This document shows positions 58,603-64,000 of a stretch of DNA of 64,000 bases, in pieces (positions within the stretch are counted from its first letter, which is position 1; each line of letters starts with the position of its first letter). Source of the stretch: Syntrophorhabdaceae bacterium (GTDB taxonomy: Bacteria; Desulfobacterota; Syntrophorhabdia; Syntrophorhabdales; Syntrophorhabdaceae); NCBI GenBank assembly GCA_963665295.1, contig OY762209.1:1376001-1440000 (forward strand), in the 5' to 3' direction. The notes beneath the pieces were generated by a model that saw only the letters and a program-made list of their open reading frames with translations, had not been told where the DNA came from and ran no database searches. Both the position numbers and the translations under genes were made by a program.

Positions 58603-59822
58603 GTGTCACATCACACTTGTAATGTCGTATAGTATGATATAGAATCTCCTCAAGGGTTAAATTTCACCATGGGGAGGTCCGAATGATAAAATATAGGGTG
58701 GTGCTCGAAAAAGAAGAGCGAAAGGAACTTGAAGGCGTGGTGCAAAAAGGAAATCATAAAGCCCAAAAGGTGCTCAATGCGCTGGTTCTTCTCAATTGCG
58801 ATCAGGGCCGGTTCCAGGACCACCCGATGAAGAACGAGGATATATCGGCAGTGTTGCGAATCAGCATGCGTAAGATAGATAGAGTAAAAAAGCGATTCGT
58901 GGAAGAAGGACTTGAGACTGCCCTTACCGGACACAAAGCAGAGCGAGTCTACGAGAAGAAGGCGGATGGCGATTTCGAGGCCCACCTCATTGCCTTGAGC
59001 TGTAGCGAACCACCAGAAGGTTTTGCGAGGTGGACCTTGCGTATGCTCGCGAACCGGGCCGTAGCGCTCAATTATATCGAGAATATCTCCTATGAAACCG
59101 TGCGTCGGGTTTTAAAAAAACGAAACAAAACCCTGGAAGCAGCAAGGATGGGTCATTCCACCGGAGGGCAATGCTGATTTCGTCGCCGCCATGGAGAACG
59201 TACTCGATGTATATAAACGCCCGTATGATAAAAGATTCCCGGTGGTCTGTATGGATGAAACCCCAAGACAACTGATCAAAGAAACGCGTACCCCGATTCC
59301 CCGCGCTCCGGGACGGCTCGAGCGTCACGACTACGAATACGAGCGATGTGGCGTCTGTACCGTATTTATGGCCAACGAACCATTGGCGGGCACGCGCCTG
59401 ACCAAGGTATCGGAAAGGAGAACGAAGCGCGACTGGGCGGAGTTCATCCGGGAACTTTCAGGACGGTATGGAAAGGCCAAAAGGATCACCCTTGTCATGG
59501 ATAACCTGAACACCCATAAACCAGGCTCTCTTTATGAAGCCTTTTCTCCCGAAGAGGCAAAACGCATCTGGGACCGTTTTGAATTCGTCTATACTCCCAA
59601 ACATGGAAGCTGGCTCAATATGGCGGAGATTGAGCTTAACGTGCTCATTCATCAATGCCTGAGTCGCCGGATCGACACTCTCGCCGAGGTCCACTCCGCC
59701 GTGTCTGCCTGGCAGGCCCATCGCGACAATCTCAACGCAAAGGTGAACTGGCAATTTACTACTAAGGATGCGCGGGTGAAACTTAGGCGACTTTATCCGA
59801 CATTAGATGAGTGACGTGACAC
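58603..59822 (+). mobile_element. IS630-family insertion sequence
   Basis: IRs gtgtcacatcac / gtgacgtgacac, flanked by duplicated TA at 58601-58602 and 59823-59824 within a CTAG target. Confidence 0.88.
58683..59814 (+). CDS. IS630 transposase, two ORFs joined by a -1 programmed frameshift
   Basis: HTH ORF 58683-59177. Slippery TTTAAAAAAAC at 59111-59121 gives LKKNETKPW in the -1 frame. DDE motifs CMDE, VMDNLNTH, SWLNMAEIE. Confidence 0.88.
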
Positions 59823-61336
59823 TAGTACCGCTTTCTTTTCTTTTCCTCGTACATCGATATGTCCGCCCGGGCCAGAAGCTCATCCAGGGTCGAGGGGGTT
59901 GCGGGGTCATAGTGTGCTATGCCTGCGCTCAGGGAGAGGGTATATCTTCTTCCCCCGGGCGCGTTGTAATGATCGAGGGTATCTTGCAGACGGGCCTTGA
60001 GTGCTTCTCTGGTTTCATCGGTCGTGTCAATGGCAAGGATGGCGAATTCATCTCCTCCCATGCGGCCGATGATATCCGATTCCCTGAATACCTCTTTGAG
60101 GATGGTTGCAAGGTCCACAAGGGCCTTGTCCCCTTCCTGGTGGCCCAGGGTGTCATTGATCTGCTTCATTCTGTCCAGGTCGACAAAGAAGAGGAGCATC
60201 CCCTTCTTTGTTCTTTCCGTTATCCTGAACTGCTGCTGGGCCAGGGTAAAAAAGCCTCTCCTGTTATACAGGCCTGTGAGTTCATCCGTAAGGGACGCGG
60301 CGTGAATCTTTTCTTCCAGCTTCTTTCGCTCCGAAATGTCGCGGGTGACACTGATCATATGGGGCACGCCCTGGAGGCTGATAATTCTCGCAGAGAGCAA
60401 ACCGCTGAAGAGGGTGCCGTCCTTCTTCCCAAACTCGGATTCGTAGTTTTCGACGAATCCTTTCTCGCGAAGCTGGTTGACCATTTGCCTGCGGTCTTCG
60501 GGATCTTTCCAGACGCGAATGTCCTGGATCGATCTCCCCACTGTTTCATCACGGGTAAAACCGGAAAGGACCCGGAATCCTTCATTGGCATATACGATAT
60601 GGCCATCGCTTAAACGGGTAATGACCGCCGCGTCGGGATTGGTGTTGAAGACCATCTCCATCTCCTCCTTGGCTTCCGTTGTCGCGGCGTTCAATCGCTG
60701 GTTGATCATGACAATGAGAACGAAGGTCCACAGAATGCTGCAAACCAGGGCGTCCATGTAGGTCGCCACATTCACTAATGTCGGGACGAAGAGCTTTGCA
60801 TGGATGGGCTCTTTGTAGAGCATCAGGACGCGGAAGACAAAGAACCCGCCGTGGGCGAGGAAGATGGCACCGGTAAGATTCGCCGATGCAATCACTGCGG
60901 GCGGCCTGTAGAAGAACAGGGCATGGGCGGTCAAGAATGAAACGGTCGCAAGGGTAGCGCCTATAATGATTCCCCGCGTCACAATGTCGTCATGGACCAG
61001 GATAAAATAGAGAAAACTTGCAAGGAAAGCGGTGAAGACCAGGGCGACGGACCACAGGCGCTCCTTCCTGTCAAAGAAGCGCATGATGCCGATGTAGAGA
61101 AAGATTACCCCCAGGATGATCATGGAGTTCTGACAGATTATGGCGATCAGCCTGATTGAGGGAATCTCACGGAGAAGCAGGCAGGTAAACCCGATCACTT
61201 CGCAAGCGCTCCACATCAACCACCACCCGATTCCTCGATAGTGCGTGTTGGTGACGTATTGGTAGGAGAATACCGCTACCTGGATGAAGTGGGTGATGCC
61301 CAGTACCAGGATCAGGGTGCGGATATCAAACTGCAT
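59822..61336 (-). CDS. Membrane (about 7 TM) PAS diguanylate cyclase
   Basis: Hydrophobic N-terminal 210 aa, PAS, DELTGLYNRRG, RESD I-site, GGDEF. Confidence 0.9.
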   Translation of the reverse strand: MQFDIRTLILVLGITHFIQVAVFSYQYVTNTHYRGIGWWLMWSACEVIGFTCLLLREIPSIRLIAIICQNSMIILGVIFLYIGIMRFFDRKERLWSVALVFTAFLASFLYFILVHDDIVTRGIIIGATLATVSFLTAHALFFYRPPAVIASANLTGAIFLAHGGFFVFRVLMLYKEPIHAKLFVPTLVNVATYMDALVCSILWTFVLIVMINQRLNAATTEAKEEMEMVFNTNPDAAVITRLSDGHIVYANEGFRVLSGFTRDETVGRSIQDIRVWKDPEDRRQMVNQLREKGFVENYESEFGKKDGTLFSGLLSARIISLQGVPHMISVTRDISERKKLEEKIHAASLTDELTGLYNRRGFFTLAQQQFRITERTKKGMLLFFVDLDRMKQINDTLGHQEGDKALVDLATILKEVFRESDIIGRMGGDEFAILAIDTTDETREALKARLQDTLDHYNAPGGRRYTLSLSAGIAHYDPATPSTLDELLARADISMYEEKKRKRY

Positions 61337-61597
61337 GACGCTCCTTCCCTGTTGCTGCTTCAGGACCGGCGGGCAAACTTGAATCGGAATCTTTCACGGG
61401 CTGACCAGTGCTCCGGATATGGTATGATTTTGACTACTTGGCAAAGCCAATCATACCATATCAAGGCTGTCATGTCACAGGATAATCGTATGAAGGCCTC
61501 TCCGACGCGGGCGCGCAAGGGGCCATCAGTCACTTTCCTGCAAAGAGGAAGCCGATCCCTCCTGCCCGATTATCCCCCTGTGCCTGTCCGGGGAAGG

Positions 61598-63400
61598 CTA
61601 CGCGTTTGTGAGGTCAAAGCCGATCTTCAGCCGTATCCGGTGCCATTCCTCGTCCATGAGCAGAAAGAAACCGAAGTTGCGGTACTCATATGCGGCGGGG
61701 TCGGCGTGCGGATCATAGGGGAGCGCCACGTTTACCGCATACATGAGCTGCCCCAGATAGAGCCCTTCCGCGATCTTCACGACTTCATCGATGCAGTACC
61801 GGTCGGGTATAATGGTTTTCAGGTTCGGCCACCGGTAATTGAGCTGGTAAACCGTCTTCTCCCCGCACGCGGGGTTGATGGAGGGGGCCTGATGGGCGAT
61901 GAAGAAGAAATTCTTCATGTCATAGCCGTTCTTGAGGATTTCCTCCTGTGACACGGGCTCGTTCCAGACCTGGGCGATGCCCGTGATATTCCCGACAAAC
62001 CGTTCCTTGAAGGTCCTCAGTGATTGCGTGTTGGACCCCCACCGCGTCGGCGCATGGCCCGACTCGTACCCGTCCGTTATCTCTTCGATCCGTTCCTTCG
62101 AGACGGCCTCGAAGGATTTGCCCGTCCATGTGCTGAATTTCATAGCCAACCCTGTCCACGCAAGGTTGAGAGTATTGACGTCAAAGAGCTTGAAGACCCC
62201 TTCGGAATGCCAGGAGACGAGGGCGCCGCGATAGTAACCCGCCATGTCCTCCACTCCTGTGCCCCTCACGAAGATCTCCTGCATTTGCCGGAACAAAGGC
62301 GAGTCGTTGTCGTGGCTGCCCTGGAGCCTGTCGGAATAATCTTTGAGCAGATGCATTATGGTAGGTTTGTCTTTCATGTCGGCAAGGATCGTCCCATAGA
62401 GGGCGTCGTCCCTCGGCGCCGGGTCCCCGTCCCCGGAAAGGAACGTGGAAAACCTGGGCAGCTTCATCAGGTCCTCCGCGGAAGGGGTCACCATGCCGGG
62501 GGCGTTCTCCGGTATCTGCAAGAAAGGAAAGAGCCTTCTCGCTTCGCGGTTCCACCTCTCGTCAAAGAGCAGAAAATAACCGAAATTCCGGTACCGGTAC
62601 CCGGCGACGGGAGACTCCGGGTCGTATTGGTCAAGGAGCCTGTCGGTGGCATACATGAGCTGTCCCAGGTAAAGCCCTTCCCCTATCTGCGTAAGCTCGT
62701 CTATGAGCCAGGACATGGGTGGGAGATTATTGAGGTTTTTCCAACGGTAGTTGAGCTGGAACACCCTTTTTGCAGGGTCCGGGCCCACGGAATTCCCCTG
62801 CCTGGCGATAAAGTTGCACCCCTCCTTGTCGTGGCCGAATTTCAACCGTTCTTCGGGGGATGGGATTTCCAGGCGCATCAATATGTTGAGAACAGGGAAA
62901 GAGGCGTTGTTGGCAACCTTCAGGGGAATCTTGTTGAAATGGTTGATGCCGAGAAAGGCCTCTTCTTCCGCGTCCGCCGGACCGGGTACAATCGCATTGA
63001 GCACGCCGGGGGACAGGGGCGAAAAGCTTTTTCCGGCCCAGGGGCTCTGGCCTTCAAAGCCGGAGTCCCACAGTATTTCCAGAACGTTCCCGATGGAAGA
63101 CAGGGGCGGCTCCTGGTCGCCGGTCCTGAAGCACAGGGGCACGCCGTAAAAATGGCCCTCCAGGCGGTCCGGGGTCATACCGGACTCGAAGAGCTTTGCC
63201 ATTTTTTTAAAGGGCGGGGCATCGTTGTCGGGGTTGCCCCGTAACTCCTCCATGTATCCGGCGAACAATTCGAGGATGGAGCCCTTGCCCTGGAGGTCCT
63301 CGTCAATCGCTTTGAGCCCGGCGTCGTCAAGGCTGCAATCGGGCCGGAACGTCCATGAAGTCAACAGGCCGCGGCTCCTGTCCATCGATTTTGTTCCCAT
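61598..63400 (-). CDS. Hypothetical protein made of two homologous domains
   Basis: RBS ggaggag. Repeated W.GKSF, QLNYRW..L, IDE...I.EGLYLGQLMYA and Y.YRNFG.FLL.DE.W motifs. Confidence 0.8.
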   Translation of the reverse strand: MGTKSMDRSRGLLTSWTFRPDCSLDDAGLKAIDEDLQGKGSILELFAGYMEELRGNPDNDAPPFKKMAKLFESGMTPDRLEGHFYGVPLCFRTGDQEPPLSSIGNVLEILWDSGFEGQSPWAGKSFSPLSPGVLNAIVPGPADAEEEAFLGINHFNKIPLKVANNASFPVLNILMRLEIPSPEERLKFGHDKEGCNFIARQGNSVGPDPAKRVFQLNYRWKNLNNLPPMSWLIDELTQIGEGLYLGQLMYATDRLLDQYDPESPVAGYRYRNFGYFLLFDERWNREARRLFPFLQIPENAPGMVTPSAEDLMKLPRFSTFLSGDGDPAPRDDALYGTILADMKDKPTIMHLLKDYSDRLQGSHDNDSPLFRQMQEIFVRGTGVEDMAGYYRGALVSWHSEGVFKLFDVNTLNLAWTGLAMKFSTWTGKSFEAVSKERIEEITDGYESGHAPTRWGSNTQSLRTFKERFVGNITGIAQVWNEPVSQEEILKNGYDMKNFFFIAHQAPSINPACGEKTVYQLNYRWPNLKTIIPDRYCIDEVVKIAEGLYLGQLMYAVNVALPYDPHADPAAYEYRNFGFFLLMDEEWHRIRLKIGFDLTNA

Positions 63401-63589
63401 TCTCTCCTCCCGGATATGAATATTGGTGTTTTCTCTAATTAAGCGCCTTGAGAAACCGGCGCGGATCATTGTTAACCGGTACCATGGAAAGGCGCCTGTC
63501 GGCAATGACCTGTGTCACCTTCATGTCCCGAATGCCCCTCCGGGCGCTCCTGTATGGAAGAGGAAAAGGCACCTCCGCAACGGGGCCTG

Positions 63590-63998
63590 CTATATCCCGA
63601 TCGCCCATTCCTTTCCCCGCTTCCTCGCACCGTTTTTCATTGCATCGAGAAACCGGGAGCGCATCCTGTCGCTCAGGAGGGCCCTCTTGACCGGCGGGAG
63701 TCCGAGAAAAGCGCCCACGAAGGCACGCATGAACTTCTGGTCCATCCTGTTCGGGTCGTCGAACAACTGATTCTGGAGCGTTCCCGTTTCGAGGCTTCCG
63801 AGTATGATCCGCTCGAAGGTGGTCTCCGGATGGATGACCCTTTGTGCGCGTTTTGTAAGGGTGCACGCCCCCTTGGGGCATTTGAGGGCGCATACCCCGC
63901 AGCCGAGGCACATGGTGTGATCGACCAGGGCAATCTGCGTTTTTTCCTTTCCCCCCCGTTCCCTTCCGGCCATGGTAATGGCGTCAACCGGGCACGCC
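63590..63998 (-). CDS. 4Fe-4S dicluster protein, C-terminal part (truncated by window end)
   Basis: CPV.AI and CLGCGVCALKCP ferredoxin motifs. Confidence 0.8.
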   Translation of the reverse strand, partial: ACPVDAITMAGRERGGKEKTQIALVDHTMCLGCGVCALKCPKGACTLTKRAQRVIHPETTFERIILGSLETGTLQNQLFDDPNRMDQKFMRAFVGAFLGLPPVKRALLSDRMRSRFLDAMKNGARKRGKEWAIGI

Positions 63999-64000
63999 TC

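Noticed and set aside
16069..61336. Hypr-type cGAMP-synthesising GGDEF enzymes or a cGAMP riboswitch
   Set aside because: All three cyclases keep the Asp in ND..GH..GD and the aptamer has G at the position-20 equivalent, so both point to canonical c-di-GMP.
14240..63244. Long antisense ORFs (e.g. 14240-15298, 17227-18900, 44278-45963, 55460-56722, 56924-58375, 62024-63244)
   Set aside because: Shadow ORFs opposite well-supported genes in GC-rich DNA, with no recognisable motifs.

Overview
A 64-kb accessory-rich chromosomal stretch from a moderately GC-rich anaerobic diderm. The gene content suggests a Deltaproteobacterium/Desulfobacterota, possibly Syntrophorhabdus-like; this is inference only. 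No rRNA, tRNA or CRISPR array was seen. Main contents: (1) a c-di-GMP signalling hub with three GGDEF cyclases, a hybrid kinase, and a c-di-GMP-I riboswitch upstream of a PstS-like protein plus HD-GYP phosphodiesterase; (2) a translationally coupled operon of corrinoid protein, zinc-site-degenerate MtaA/UroD-fold protein, DUF1638 and a diguanylate cyclase, which looks like a cobalamin-based sensory system and is the top candidate for an undescribed system; (3) a cluster of large Sec-exported modular proteins (HAF repeat, beta-propeller, two papain-like proteases) and a signal-peptide SpvB/FG-GAP Rhs toxin whose toxin tip is split by a single in-frame TAG; (4) hicBA and higBA TA modules and an orphan toxin-tip/immunity pair; (5) four apparently intact IS copies (2x IS1634, ISNCY, IS630) with IRs and target duplications readable in the sequence, plus an internally deleted IS256; and (6) several short diverged duplications that look like scars of homology-anchored gene acquisition. 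All calls come from reading sequence and motifs by eye, with no database searches.
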